Below are positions 18,844-28,687 of a stretch of 64,000 nt of DNA, piece after piece. The notes beneath the pieces were generated by a model. It did not search any database and was not told the DNA's origin. It saw only the letters and a program-made list of their open reading frames with translations. The stretch's first letter is position 1. Every line of letters begins with the position of its first letter. The translations under genes were made by a program, and so were the position numbers. Origin of the DNA: an uncultured virus (IMG/VR IMGVR_UViG_3300028372_000001) (taxonomy: Duplodnaviria; Heunggongvirae; Uroviricota; Caudoviricetes); IMG/VR virus record IMGVR_UViG_3300028372_000001; one strand, 5' to 3'.

Positions 18844-19346
18844 TGTATCATACACTTGATAGATCAAAAGCAAAGGAAGTGACATACGAGACCATGGAGC
18901 AATTCATGGTCCGTCTGTTCATGCATTATCCCTACCACAAATGGCACTCAGAATTCTATGATATTTATCGGTGCGACTTAGATATTGATCATAGTATTAT
19001 CCATCATAGCAGAGAAACGATAAAAAATCGTGCTATGCGAGTTACGACCGACGCTACCAAGTATCATACTTGGGGTCCTTCCAGATTGGCATTTCATTTA
19101 GAATACGTAGATTATAAGTTGGGAGCACCAATTGAAGTTCAGGTAAATCAGGTAATGCACACTACGTATCTAATTTATTACTACAGAGACTATCGACATT
19201 TATCACGACCAGTCATCCGCGAAGACGACTACGACTTGACAAATTATCTAGATAGATGGATACTGACGATGCTGCGGGTTCGCGAGGACTATCGTCCATG
19301 TAATGAAGTGGAACTGATGCTATATGAATTCGGAATAAAGAGTTGA
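18843..19346 (+). CDS. hypothetical protein
   Basis: TGATG coupling to lysS. Confidence 0.6.
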   Translation: MYHTLDRSKAKEVTYETMEQFMVRLFMHYPYHKWHSEFYDIYRCDLDIDHSIIHHSRETIKNRAMRVTTDATKYHTWGPSRLAFHLEYVDYKLGAPIEVQVNQVMHTTYLIYYYRDYRHLSRPVIREDDYDLTNYLDRWILTMLRVREDYRPCNEVELMLYEFGIKS

Positions 19347-19350
19347 TATA

Positions 19351-19737
19351 ATGGAAAAAATAGATAAACAATACCTAGAGCTTCTTCGTTCCGGTAAGAT
19401 CAGACGTACCGGGCTGATTTTTTATGACGTTGTTAAAGATGAAATAAAATCACATAGGGGGGCAAAAGAATGGACCACTGTGTGGACGTTTAATGGTAAA
19501 GAAGAAGCCATAACATTCTGCCAAAAGCTCGAAGCCGACCTTATTCGCCACTGTAGTAATGCTGACGATTATAAGCCTTTTGAATTTCACACGTTTCATG
19601 TTATTTTTTGGGTAGATAAAGATCGTTTGTCTTACATGGAGAATGATAATGTTTGTTGCCTTGAAATCGATGATGCCGACATTGATGAGTTCGATTTCCT
19701 TAAACCATTTTATAAGGTACAAGCAAATGTCAGTTGA
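19351..19737 (+). CDS. hypothetical protein (LIFYDVVKDEI motif family)
   Basis: ORF. Confidence 0.6.
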   Translation: MEKIDKQYLELLRSGKIRRTGLIFYDVVKDEIKSHRGAKEWTTVWTFNGKEEAITFCQKLEADLIRHCSNADDYKPFEFHTFHVIFWVDKDRLSYMENDNVCCLEIDDADIDEFDFLKPFYKVQANVS

Positions 19738-20065
19738 ATGGGTCATCTTCGATCCCGAAACTGATATGTTCTATTATGCTAATATGCATGTTGGGTTCTA
19801 TGATACAATAAATTGTATTTCTGAACATATGGAAATGCAATTTAATAACACACCCAATATGTTCTTTCAAGAGTGGTCAGATGTTTGTCATTGGTATTAT
19901 AAAATATACGGATATGAGCTTGAGCATGAGCAAGCTAATAAAGATCAAGTAGAAAGATGTATGGTTATTGCATACGATCATGAAACTGGGAAAATAATGG
20001 CGAATAAAGCGATCAGCTTAATTAGACTAGTGGAAAGCAGCGATGATTATAGCACATCCAAATAA
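19727..20065 (+). CDS. hypothetical protein (WVIFDPETDMF motif family)
   Basis: ORF. Confidence 0.6.
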   Translation: MSVEWVIFDPETDMFYYANMHVGFYDTINCISEHMEMQFNNTPNMFFQEWSDVCHWYYKIYGYELEHEQANKDQVERCMVIAYDHETGKIMANKAISLIRLVESSDDYSTSK

Positions 20066-20447
20066 GTGGGATTGGATTAACACTCCCCCATGGTCTAAAT
20101 TAGAATTGGGTCCTGACGGTAAGTACCATTTTTACGGACTATATGTTTTCGGGTTGGATGAATGGATCGGAAGTAGGTATGGTATGGGCGCAAGTGACGC
20201 TATTTGTGTTTTCAATAGTGTACATATGTTGGCATCATTTTATAAAACGGGTGACATACATTTGAAAACGGAATTCATATACACAAATGTAGTTCCGGTA
20301 AGTTGTACGAATAGATTAACACCCGGTAGGTCGTACAGTTTTAGTAAGCCGATTATTCCCGATTTCTCCATGGTCTATTGTGGTGAAACTTTAGCAACGG
20401 AGATTGAACGTGGTGATACATGGTCTACCGGACCCAAAGTTACGTAG
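20043..20447 (+). CDS. hypothetical protein (VVP...IPDF motif family)
   Basis: ORF. Confidence 0.55.
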   Translation: MIIAHPNKWDWINTPPWSKLELGPDGKYHFYGLYVFGLDEWIGSRYGMGASDAICVFNSVHMLASFYKTGDIHLKTEFIYTNVVPVSCTNRLTPGRSYSFSKPIIPDFSMVYCGETLATEIERGDTWSTGPKVT

Positions 20448-20745
20448 AGACCCATATGCTATCTACTGTATAGATATGGAAGCATTTTACCACTCTGGGC
20501 ACTGGACTGATGATTTCGTTTCGGCATATGTGAATATTGAAAGTGCTCGAATGACAATTCGGCATCACCTATGGAGAATGGATTGGGATAGTCTTGTAGT
20601 CGTGCCGTGCATCGTTTCACACTTCATCGATTACAACAATCGTGGTACAATTGAACAGATATATACACCTGATTTCAAATATTCTTTGAGGATGATGCAA
20701 AATGACAACTCTGAAAATCTCTATCAAGGGGACGGAAATTCATAG
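20404..20745 (+). CDS. hypothetical protein (YAIYCIDMEAF...YTPDF motif family)
   Basis: ORF. Confidence 0.55.
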   Translation: MNVVIHGLPDPKLRRDPYAIYCIDMEAFYHSGHWTDDFVSAYVNIESARMTIRHHLWRMDWDSLVVVPCIVSHFIDYNNRGTIEQIYTPDFKYSLRMMQNDNSENLYQGDGNS

Positions 20746-21019
20746 GCTGCTCTCTGACCGGGTAAATTGGGATAAATTTGTCATTTACCATCCTGAAAGT
20801 AACGCATTTGCTGTTATGCGAAATGATATTATTAAGATCGGAGAACCCAATTCTCCAAATTTAACACGTTTTGACAAGACTAATCTCAACAGTGCATTCA
20901 ACTATATAATTTACGAAATGAATTATCCCGAGTATGCCGTTGTGGCATTTGAAGCAAGGGTTGTTAATGGTGTCTTAGAAATTATGACTCGTAACCCACT
21001 TAGGCTTCCATTAAGATGA
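20702..21019 (+). CDS. hypothetical protein (FVIYHPESNAF motif family)
   Basis: GAGG SD. Confidence 0.55.
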   Translation: MTTLKISIKGTEIHRLLSDRVNWDKFVIYHPESNAFAVMRNDIIKIGEPNSPNLTRFDKTNLNSAFNYIIYEMNYPEYAVVAFEARVVNGVLEIMTRNPLRLPLR

Positions 21020-21298
21020 AAGGATAGATAACCCAATGACCAAAAAAACACACAGGATAATTACAGTCTATGGAAAGGGATATGGACGCTAGAGGGTCTA
21101 ACTGTATTTCGGTCAAGTTGGTTGTTGATTATATCAATCCTTCTCAGTATTTGGATGAGCGGCATTGTTTTACTTTGGCTATTCTCAATAATAGCTAAAG
21201 ATTATACGTTATATGGTGCAGAGTTGACTCACGAAGTTTTTTATTACAATAATAGCTCCGTTAATGATGATAAATATTACACATCATGAGGATAAATT

Positions 21299-21616
21299 AT
21301 GCAAGCATATACACATGCAATGAATATTCGTAAGGAAGAAGGTCATGTTCGAGAATATTACGAAACCCTCTTCCGCGCATACAGTAATAATGACCTGTTT
21401 GAAGTATATGACGTAGAACGTGAAGAGTTTGTACAATTCACTGGACGCCAAGGCTCTGAGGTAATAAACAAACAGACCTTAATAGAAAATCTTATTGAAC
21501 TTGCATTGGGCGGCGAGCCAGTTGAGCCGTATATTATTATAGAATATAATCCCAAAGATACTGATTTCAACTACCCAGCATTCGTTGGCCTAAACGATGG
21601 TTATAAGAATATCTAA
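21299..21616 (+). CDS. hypothetical protein
   Basis: TAAATA upstream, GAGG SD. Confidence 0.65.
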   Translation: MQAYTHAMNIRKEEGHVREYYETLFRAYSNNDLFEVYDVEREEFVQFTGRQGSEVINKQTLIENLIELALGGEPVEPYIIIEYNPKDTDFNYPAFVGLNDGYKNI

Positions 21617-22233
21617 TGATGTGGCACAAACCCAAGATGGCTTTTATTCATATACCTAAGACTGGAGGTTCTTCAGTAGAACACTTGCTCTATAGGTGTC
21701 AGTCATTCAGTGACCGTGAAGGGAAAGTTGGACAGCACTCTACTATGGCTGATGCTTATAAGTACATGAAAGGATCACCTGAAGAGTATTTTAAATTCAC
21801 GATAGTCCGAAACACATGGGATCGTATAATCAGCTTCTACTTGATGCATTACAAGCGCAACTCATTTTCATTTCCAAACGTAGATATATTCAAAGGGCGA
21901 CATTATGTGTCATTCTCAGATTTCTACAGAAACCTAGAACCCACATGGCAGCACGCCGAAACCGTCAAACACTACCTAGAAGTTGATGGGCAAATACCCG
22001 ATGACTTACATATTCTCAGATTCGATCACTTAGAAGCCGATTTCGTGAATATGTTTGAAGTACAAGGTATTGAAATGCCTATGGAATTCCCACATGTCAA
22101 TAAGAACGAGCGAGCGTCGGACAATTTGCGGGCCTACCTTAAAGCTGATCCAGAATTTGCAGACAGAATAGCTGAATTGTATGCAGATGAAATAGATCAC
22201 TTCAACTTTGAGTATAGCACTCCCCATCAATAA
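21616..22233 (+). CDS. sulfotransferase family 2 protein
   Basis: FIHIPKTGGSS (5'-PSB), FTIVRNTWDRIISFY (3'-PB), ILRFDHLEADF. Confidence 0.85.
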   Translation: MMWHKPKMAFIHIPKTGGSSVEHLLYRCQSFSDREGKVGQHSTMADAYKYMKGSPEEYFKFTIVRNTWDRIISFYLMHYKRNSFSFPNVDIFKGRHYVSFSDFYRNLEPTWQHAETVKHYLEVDGQIPDDLHILRFDHLEADFVNMFEVQGIEMPMEFPHVNKNERASDNLRAYLKADPEFADRIAELYADEIDHFNFEYSTPHQ

Positions 22234-22259
22234 ATACAACTATAGACGTGGAGCATGTC

Positions 22260-22457
22260 ATGCTATTAAAAGATTTGAAAGAAGCATCGTATCCCGGCAA
22301 CATTGGTGCTATGGAAGTTATGAAATTCTACCAACAGGCGTCCAATGAGCAACGTGGCATGCTAGATCAATTGCTGCAACAAAAGGACTATGAAAATGCA
22401 TGGGAACTTATTCAACAGGTGACGGATACTCGCTTGCATCCAATGCATGGTGAGTGA
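22260..22457 (+). CDS. small putative virion (internal head) protein
   Basis: MLLKDLKE/A leader; TAAATA upstream. Confidence 0.5.
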   Translation: MLLKDLKEASYPGNIGAMEVMKFYQQASNEQRGMLDQLLQQKDYENAWELIQQVTDTRLHPMHGE

Positions 22458-22484
22458 TACACTAGTTTAAAAGGGAGATTCAAA

Positions 22485-23078
22485 ATGCAAATGTTTATGA
22501 TCGGATTCGCTATCGGCGTTTTTCTTACGGCTACTACACTATTGATTGTTGGATGGCTAATATCCAAGGAATCCACTACACTGGTGGGGACCGGTGCAAC
22601 TCGTCCTGATCCACTGGCTACTGATCCACGAGCGAATCCGCCGGGGAAAAATAATCCATATAATACAACATTGAGCGCTGGTGAAGCGAGGATGATGGCT
22701 CAGACCGAAGAACGTCTTCGGAGCCTATGCTCATCTGCACCTACCTCAGACATTCGTGTTCAAGCCGAATTGGTGCTTAAACTTCACATCAAGATGAATG
22801 TAATCATGGACGAAGGCACAATCTCTCAAAGAAACGAAATCATGGATATGGTTACACATGAAAGTAACATGCTGTTTGCCATGCTTACTGATTATGGACT
22901 TGAACATGGTGCCGTAGACTACAATGACATTCCCATGGAGATGAGAGAGCTTCTCGAAAAATACCGTGCTAATAAAGCAGCATCTGCTCCGACGATGCCC
23001 ACAACCCAAGAAGATTTGGAGGGTAATCTTGACTTCAATATGCCAAACTTTGGAAAATTTAAACAGGATGGACTATAA
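22485..23078 (+). CDS. membrane-anchored hypothetical protein
   Basis: N-terminal TM helix; GGGAG SD. Confidence 0.7.
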   Translation: MQMFMIGFAIGVFLTATTLLIVGWLISKESTTLVGTGATRPDPLATDPRANPPGKNNPYNTTLSAGEARMMAQTEERLRSLCSSAPTSDIRVQAELVLKLHIKMNVIMDEGTISQRNEIMDMVTHESNMLFAMLTDYGLEHGAVDYNDIPMEMRELLEKYRANKAASAPTMPTTQEDLEGNLDFNMPNFGKFKQDGL

Positions 23079-23416
23079 TGACAAAAACCAAACTCAAGCA
23101 AATCATGAATACCGACGCCGAAATCTGGATAACTGTAGATGATGGTATAGGTAATCTTCTCTATGAAGCGTTCGATAATGATGACGATGAATCTGAATCT
23201 GTAGTAGTATTCAAAGTTGTAGATGATTCCATAATATTCGATGTGAAGTACGTAGTCTTTAAAATTAACGGCAGTGTGGAAATTCTATTTCCAAGTACTA
23301 AACGGAACGAAGAAATGCTTAAAGAGTTCTTTGAATTTGTCGATGAGCTTAATGCTGACTTCGAAGAAATGGCAGTCGATGTGTTCCCGAGTAACACGTT
23401 AATTTTTGCGCACTAA
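23078..23416 (+). CDS. acidic hypothetical protein
   Basis: Coupled ORF. Confidence 0.65.
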   Translation: MTKTKLKQIMNTDAEIWITVDDGIGNLLYEAFDNDDDESESVVVFKVVDDSIIFDVKYVVFKINGSVEILFPSTKRNEEMLKEFFEFVDELNADFEEMAVDVFPSNTLIFAH

Positions 23417-23447
23417 ATAATGGTACGTGAAATAGGAGCATGTTACC

Positions 23448-23978
23448 ATGACAGAAGAAACAAAAACACCGGGCCGTGCCGGGAGACCGCGTAAGCAGCC
23501 AAAAGCCGAAGAATCCAATAATGGTGATAGCGGAGGACCAGTGGAGTCAACAGAATCCGTTGATTCCGCACCAGATGAGGCACTAGCGTCATCTGAATCC
23601 AAAGTAGAAAGTGCTAATCTAGAAGGGGCTGTAGACCGCCTCATGGATTTTATGAAAGGCTACACTCCAATGTTCAACCGTAAGCAGAGAATGTCTGTGG
23701 TAGACCTTGGAAGCCGCCATACAGGACAAGGCATGAAGTATCGACAGCTTTTCGTAGAAGAGACGCCGGGACTTCTCAATGTCACAATCCGAGAAGGGTT
23801 CAAGAGTTCGCACGGTGGTACAGATCAGAGAAATGTGTTATACGGATTTAGTGTACCAATTTCTGAATTTGAACTATACGGACGAGTTCATCGACGTTTC
23901 TTTGGATTTAATCCAAAAAAGAATGCAAACGAAGCTACACTATTGCTTGACACATTAGAGCAAACTGTGAGAAACTGA
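23448..23978 (+). CDS. hypothetical protein (N-terminal GRPRK AT-hook-like motif)
   Basis: AGGAG SD. Confidence 0.7.
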   Translation: MTEETKTPGRAGRPRKQPKAEESNNGDSGGPVESTESVDSAPDEALASSESKVESANLEGAVDRLMDFMKGYTPMFNRKQRMSVVDLGSRHTGQGMKYRQLFVEETPGLLNVTIREGFKSSHGGTDQRNVLYGFSVPISEFELYGRVHRRFFGFNPKKNANEATLLLDTLEQTVRN

Positions 23979-24002
23979 TAGCCCCCATAACGGAGTTATC
24001 AT

Positions 24003-24299
24003 ATGCTTTCATCCGATGAAGATTTGTTGATTCGTAACATTAAAGGCTTGCGGTACGAGTATGTGCCGCAAGCTGGTCACTGGAGAAGTATCAGCCAGCG
24101 TAAAAACAGAGTCAATAAAATCATCACGGTATCCCGCCTCAAAGTTTATGGAAATACCATAAACGCAAGAGTACAGCAGTACTATGCCGCGCCCATGTCC
24201 AACAGCGATTCAGCATTATCTCTAGAAGACACAAAGAATATTTCTTTTAACGACAATGGGTTCGCTGAAAAACTATCTGAACTTAGTAAAAATGATTAA
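24003..24299 (+). CDS. hypothetical protein
   Basis: GGAG SD. Confidence 0.65.
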   Translation: MLSSDEDLLIRNIKGLRYEYVPQAGHWRSISQRKNRVNKIITVSRLKVYGNTINARVQQYYAAPMSNSDSALSLEDTKNISFNDNGFAEKLSELSKND

Positions 24300-24380
24300 T
24301 ATAAGTAGGGTCACTCAGAGACCTTACTGTGTTAACTGAATTGTTATAAATTAATAAACGGAGATTTAAAAAGATATCCA

Positions 24381-24734
24381 ATGCGATATGCAAGTATTCT
24401 GTACCACACCAAAGTATCATCAGAAAAAATACCTGATACCATCGATATTGGCAAAGTAATCGATAGGTATTCGAAGCACTCTTGCCACCATGGTTCTTGG
24501 CCAAAAGATACACCAAAGCCAACAAGACTACCAGCGGTAGAAGAAACTTCACACGTCGTGCAAGACGTTAAATTGAATGATAGTGGTGGCCTAGATGTAA
24601 GTTTTGTTATGATTGCATCACCACGAGGTTTCAGGCTAATGGACGAGTTTGATAAGCACCGTTTTGAAATGCTACCAATAATTTCGGAAGACGGAGAATT
24701 GATTCTCCGATTTGATTTCATAAAAGAGGAATAA
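24381..24734 (+). CDS. hypothetical protein
   Basis: ORF. Confidence 0.55.
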   Translation: MRYASILYHTKVSSEKIPDTIDIGKVIDRYSKHSCHHGSWPKDTPKPTRLPAVEETSHVVQDVKLNDSGGLDVSFVMIASPRGFRLMDEFDKHRFEMLPIISEDGELILRFDFIKEE

Positions 24735-24735
24735 T

Positions 24736-24936
24736 ATGAATATGATTGATATAGCAACCACAGCACGCATTAAAGCTAAGAAGTTTGTAGATTGGCTAGA
24801 CTCCGTACCAAGCGTCCCCGCAGCACTGGGTGGGGTTGCAGTAGGCATGATTGTTCCCAAGACTCTGGTTATTGTACTTGCGATTGCTGGTGTTATTTGG
24901 GCTGTTAGTAAGTTTGGCGGTCTGGACGAAACCTAA
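24736..24936 (+). CDS. small membrane protein
   Basis: GAGGA SD; hydrophobic hairpin. Confidence 0.65.
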   Translation: MNMIDIATTARIKAKKFVDWLDSVPSVPAALGGVAVGMIVPKTLVIVLAIAGVIWAVSKFGGLDET

Positions 24937-25040
24937 AGCTTCTAATATCAACGCCGTCGTGCTTGTCCTTTCAATTTTTGGCTTGACAATTGACGGTGTT
25001 AATGTGATAATTAACCTTCTATAATTTTGAAGGTATAAAA

Positions 25041-25373
25041 ATGAAAATAGTTCGCACATCGAATAGCACCGTGTTCGATTACATACTCCATTTGCTCAAT
25101 AACTTTCCAAACAATTGGAAAGTCCTATATCCGAGCACAAACATGATCCAGTACATTTACCATGATAGTAAAGGCACGTCCTACACAGTTATTATGGATC
25201 ATACCACTGTTGTTCCAAAGTTTTTCAAAGATGAAGTAAGGATTATTTTTACTAAATTGACAAAAGAACAAGTAGAAAAAATGACAGAAGCATTAAATAT
25301 ATTAGCAGTATCTCGTGAACCAGAAGATAAAGTAATCGACCTGATGGAGCTACTCAATGACCACAAAGTTTAA
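25041..25373 (+). CDS. hypothetical protein
   Basis: ORF; TTGACA..GATAAT upstream. Confidence 0.6.
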   Translation: MKIVRTSNSTVFDYILHLLNNFPNNWKVLYPSTNMIQYIYHDSKGTSYTVIMDHTTVVPKFFKDEVRIIFTKLTKEQVEKMTEALNILAVSREPEDKVIDLMELLNDHKV

Positions 25374-25590
25374 TCCAAAACAACTCTTCCAAACTCGCAA
25401 AGGTTTCAGCGTGACCCACGTCACTCTGAAAGACAAAATTATGGGCATTGTAAAGTATGACAACACAGAAGCTGTATTTTGTGTATGGAGTCATCAGGGT
25501 GAAAAAATTAGCTTGTATCCACGAAAGAATGGAGAGGAACACGACCTAGATTTAGTTAACATCACGGAGAATAACACGACCTCGATGTAG
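25357..25590 (+). CDS. hypothetical protein
   Basis: GGAG SD. Confidence 0.6.
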   Translation: MTTKFNPKQLFQTRKGFSVTHVTLKDKIMGIVKYDNTEAVFCVWSHQGEKISLYPRKNGEEHDLDLVNITENNTTSM

Positions 25591-25609
25591 TCAACACTGG
25601 AGACTAGCG

Positions 25610-26080
25610 ATGAATGGTGAGATTAAAGAAGTGAGAATGGACGAATCCGCGAAAATTAGAGCATCGATGTCAATTAAAAGTTTATGCGAGCGCATGAGCG
25701 AATGTGAGCCCGTGGCGGTTCCACGCCCACACGTAGCTTTGCGATTCGAGCATATCAAGACAGTTACCATCTTGTATGAACAATTCGTTGGAATCCTAGA
25801 GTGGAACGCTGAAACTGATAGCTTCAATTATGTGGCTATGGGGTGGAACCCTTCTGGTGATCTAAGTAATGGTGACATTGAAATCGTTGATGTTAGAGTT
25901 CTAGACGAGGAAGATCATGAAGTATTCCAACATGCCGTAAATCATATGGCTCGACTTCAAAGCAAATCATCACCAGTTCGTAGAACCATCAGTGAACCCG
26001 TTGAAGTTAAACAAATACTTGATGCTATTGTAGAAGTCTGGTTGGCTTCAACACAATCAATGGGTGAAATTATACACTGA
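25610..26080 (+). CDS. hypothetical protein
   Basis: GGAG SD. Confidence 0.65.
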   Translation: MNGEIKEVRMDESAKIRASMSIKSLCERMSECEPVAVPRPHVALRFEHIKTVTILYEQFVGILEWNAETDSFNYVAMGWNPSGDLSNGDIEIVDVRVLDEEDHEVFQHAVNHMARLQSKSSPVRRTISEPVEVKQILDAIVEVWLASTQSMGEIIH

Positions 26081-26499
26081 TGCTAGCACTGTTAGATACA
26101 GAAGTCAATGAATCGGAGTTACTACAGTGCTTCATTGAAAAGTGTGTTCAAGTAAAAGCACAGTCCCCGGATGCGCCCCCCAAGTTCGCTATGAACGTAT
26201 TTGCTATAGATGATGGCTTTGTATACCACTTTGATGGCGTATATGCGTTTGCATCTAAAGAGAACATGATTCGTCAAATAATTATTTCAAGTCCAGACAG
26301 GTTCGGTTTGACGATGATAGATACAAGGAAGGTTAGCAAAACCCATAAAGCGTTGATCCGAAAGATTGAGAGCTTTGTGTCAATTTTAACACCATTGCTT
26401 GCTAAAATGTTAAGCAATGAACTAATAGTAATTGAAATAAAAAATGGATATACACTCTCTGATATTAGGGAGCAACTAATAAAAAATAGTTCACTATAA
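26080..26499 (+). CDS. hypothetical protein
   Basis: TGATG coupling. Confidence 0.65.
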   Translation: MLALLDTEVNESELLQCFIEKCVQVKAQSPDAPPKFAMNVFAIDDGFVYHFDGVYAFASKENMIRQIIISSPDRFGLTMIDTRKVSKTHKALIRKIESFVSILTPLLAKMLSNELIVIEIKNGYTLSDIREQLIKNSSL

Positions 26500-26510
26500 G
26501 GATAATATTA

Positions 26511-26930
26511 ATGAGCAATTCAAAGCACCGCCAACTCACCAAGGAAGAAATGATTGAAAAGGGTCTTCTTCCACCAACAAAGATTAAAGCCGCTGAAGCA
26601 GTTCAAGTAGCAAACGAAGAAGTGGCTAACTCACAGGCTGCCGAGGTTACACCAGTAGATAACACTACACCAGTTTCCCGCCAGACTGTTTCAACATCAT
26701 CACAAAGCGACACAGAGTTGTTCCAGCAGTTTTCGAACCGTGGACAGCTTGTAGTGAGCTTCGTCAACAGCATTCTTACAGTAGATGGTATGGATAAGCC
26801 AGCTGATGAAATAATTGACTATGGATTCAAACTTGCTGATGAGATTCAGAATCGCACTAATCGTGATTTTGTTCAGGCAACAATTCAGAAACAGATGGAA
26901 GGACTTTCAGTTAAAGCTAGTAAGGACTGA
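26511..26930 (+). CDS. hypothetical protein
   Basis: AAGGA SD. Confidence 0.65.
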   Translation: MSNSKHRQLTKEEMIEKGLLPPTKIKAAEAVQVANEEVANSQAAEVTPVDNTTPVSRQTVSTSSQSDTELFQQFSNRGQLVVSFVNSILTVDGMDKPADEIIDYGFKLADEIQNRTNRDFVQATIQKQMEGLSVKASKD

Positions 26931-26934
26931 TCTT

Positions 26935-27483
26935 GTGTTAAATAAATTCAGACAGAAACTTGCGTTTGAACTATTGGTTAGACTCAAACGCAAGACGCAG
27001 AATCGCAAACCCGATTTTGTTATAAGTGAGCAATACATGAAACGCTGGTGGTTGTTACCTAAAAACCCTATTATGAACGTGTATTACCACGAAATCAAGG
27101 GTAGTGACTTAGACCGCCACCTACACGATCATCCATTCTTTTTCGCAGCATTCATCCTAGAGGGTGGATACGATGAACATACTACATCGGGGGTTGAGAA
27201 ACGTGCAGCTGGTGACATATATTTCCACAGCCCATGGAAACTCCATAAACTACTAATGAATGAAAATGAAGGTGCATCAACAATATTCGTCACATTATTC
27301 AAAATCCGCAAGTGGGGCTTCATGACTGAAGAAGGGTGGGTGCCACGGAATAAATACATTAGTGAACACGGTCTTCAATCACAAATAGAACATATTGATA
27401 CAGAGGAACCTGAATATGAAAAGAGTAGCTTGGATAGCGTTACTATTCGTATTAATAGTTGGATGCGAAAGCTCGTCAATTAG
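26935..27483 (+). CDS. cupin-fold phage protein
   Basis: YYHEI..SD.DRHLHDHPF...ILEGGYDE...LHKL...RKWGF. Confidence 0.7.
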   Translation: MLNKFRQKLAFELLVRLKRKTQNRKPDFVISEQYMKRWWLLPKNPIMNVYYHEIKGSDLDRHLHDHPFFFAAFILEGGYDEHTTSGVEKRAAGDIYFHSPWKLHKLLMNENEGASTIFVTLFKIRKWGFMTEEGWVPRNKYISEHGLQSQIEHIDTEEPEYEKSSLDSVTIRINSWMRKLVN

Positions 27484-27724
27484 CGATGACCCAGACGTAG
27501 GTAGTACACCTACACCAGATATGATCGAAATATCAGACGATGTGAACGTGGTGTTCTGTGATCATAAATACAGTGCCCAGCGTGATTTTTATTACATGGG
27601 CAGAATGGCATCCAGTACCGAAATGTTATTTGGTCAGAATGTAACCATGTTTACATTCACTCTGTTAGACAATACCAAGAAATATCTGTCTAGTACTGAA
27701 TTCGTAAATTACGTTTGTGAGTAA
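27416..27724 (+). CDS. putative lipoprotein
   Basis: MKRVAWIALLFVLIVG-C lipobox. Confidence 0.65.
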   Translation: MKRVAWIALLFVLIVGCESSSISDDPDVGSTPTPDMIEISDDVNVVFCDHKYSAQRDFYYMGRMASSTEMLFGQNVTMFTFTLLDNTKKYLSSTEFVNYVCE

Positions 27725-27764
27725 TCAACACCACTAAATACAATAAAATTGAGGAATTTTAACC

Positions 27765-28112
27765 ATGAAACTAGCAGACGCAGCGCAGTATCTGAAAGAA
27801 GTTGACCTTGAAGACAAAGGTGAGGCCCCAGAACCAATTGGCGACACAGCATCAACAAAGTGGGCGGCAAAAGAACTTGGTGTAACAGTTTCCCGTGTTC
27901 GCCAAATGATTGGTGATGGCACTCTCAAGGCCAAGATCAGTCCTCGTCCGGGCGACCGTGACCATGAAATCTTGAAGAAAGATGTTCAGGCTCTTAAGAA
28001 GAACATGCCTGAAAAAGGCCGACCATCAGATAAGGATTCCGATGGTAAAGAAGAAGGCAAGGGCAAATCCGATGACGATAACAAAAGCTCAAAAGGCAAA
28101 GATAAAGACTGA
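27765..28112 (+). CDS. excisionase-like HTH DNA-binding protein
   Basis: AAKELGVTVSRVRQMIGDGTLKA; TAAATA upstream. Confidence 0.75.
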   Translation: MKLADAAQYLKEVDLEDKGEAPEPIGDTASTKWAAKELGVTVSRVRQMIGDGTLKAKISPRPGDRDHEILKKDVQALKKNMPEKGRPSDKDSDGKEEGKGKSDDDNKSSKGKDKD

Positions 28113-28116
28113 AAAG

Positions 28117-28407
28117 ATGAATCGTAGAAAGACTTTTCTTCTCTATGCTATTCTGATACTATGTCTCTTACTTCTATGGAAGCAAACTGTACTTCAAGAT
28201 AACATGAATAATCTTGAAGTCCGGCTAATGGAATTGGAAAACGCAAACCAAAATCAAGATGTGTACTACGTTACACGAAAAGAAATAACGGAATTAGTTA
28301 GTGATGTAAATGATATACACTCATCACAAAACACTCAACTTCAAATCATACTTGAAGTTATAACCCCCAAACCACGTCCAAAACCACAACCAAAAACAAC
28401 AATATAA
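28117..28407 (+). CDS. membrane-anchored coiled-coil protein
   Basis: N-terminal TM helix. Confidence 0.6.
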   Translation: MNRRKTFLLYAILILCLLLLWKQTVLQDNMNNLEVRLMELENANQNQDVYYVTRKEITELVSDVNDIHSSQNTQLQIILEVITPKPRPKPQPKTTI

Positions 28408-28416
28408 GGAAGTTAT

Positions 28417-28662
28417 ATGAAGTTTACAGTTTATGGAAAGAACAACTGTAAGTTTTGCGTGAGCGCAAAACAATTAATCAAACAATCAGGCCACGAATAT
28501 GAAGAGCTATCGGTGCCAGAGCAAGTTTCTCGCGACGACATTCAGTTGTATGTCAACGAATCTGGGTCTGACCATGTAGTTAAAAGTGTACCACAGATTT
28601 TCCACGAGGGTGTATATGTGGGCGGATTTAAAGAATTGGTAGAGTATTTGAGGGCTATTTAA
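28417..28662 (+). CDS. glutaredoxin
   Basis: CKFC, SVPQIF, YVGGF. Confidence 0.9.
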   Translation: MKFTVYGKNNCKFCVSAKQLIKQSGHEYEELSVPEQVSRDDIQLYVNESGSDHVVKSVPQIFHEGVYVGGFKELVEYLRAI

Positions 28663-28687
28663 TAAATATATTGTAGAGGGTTTCAAC

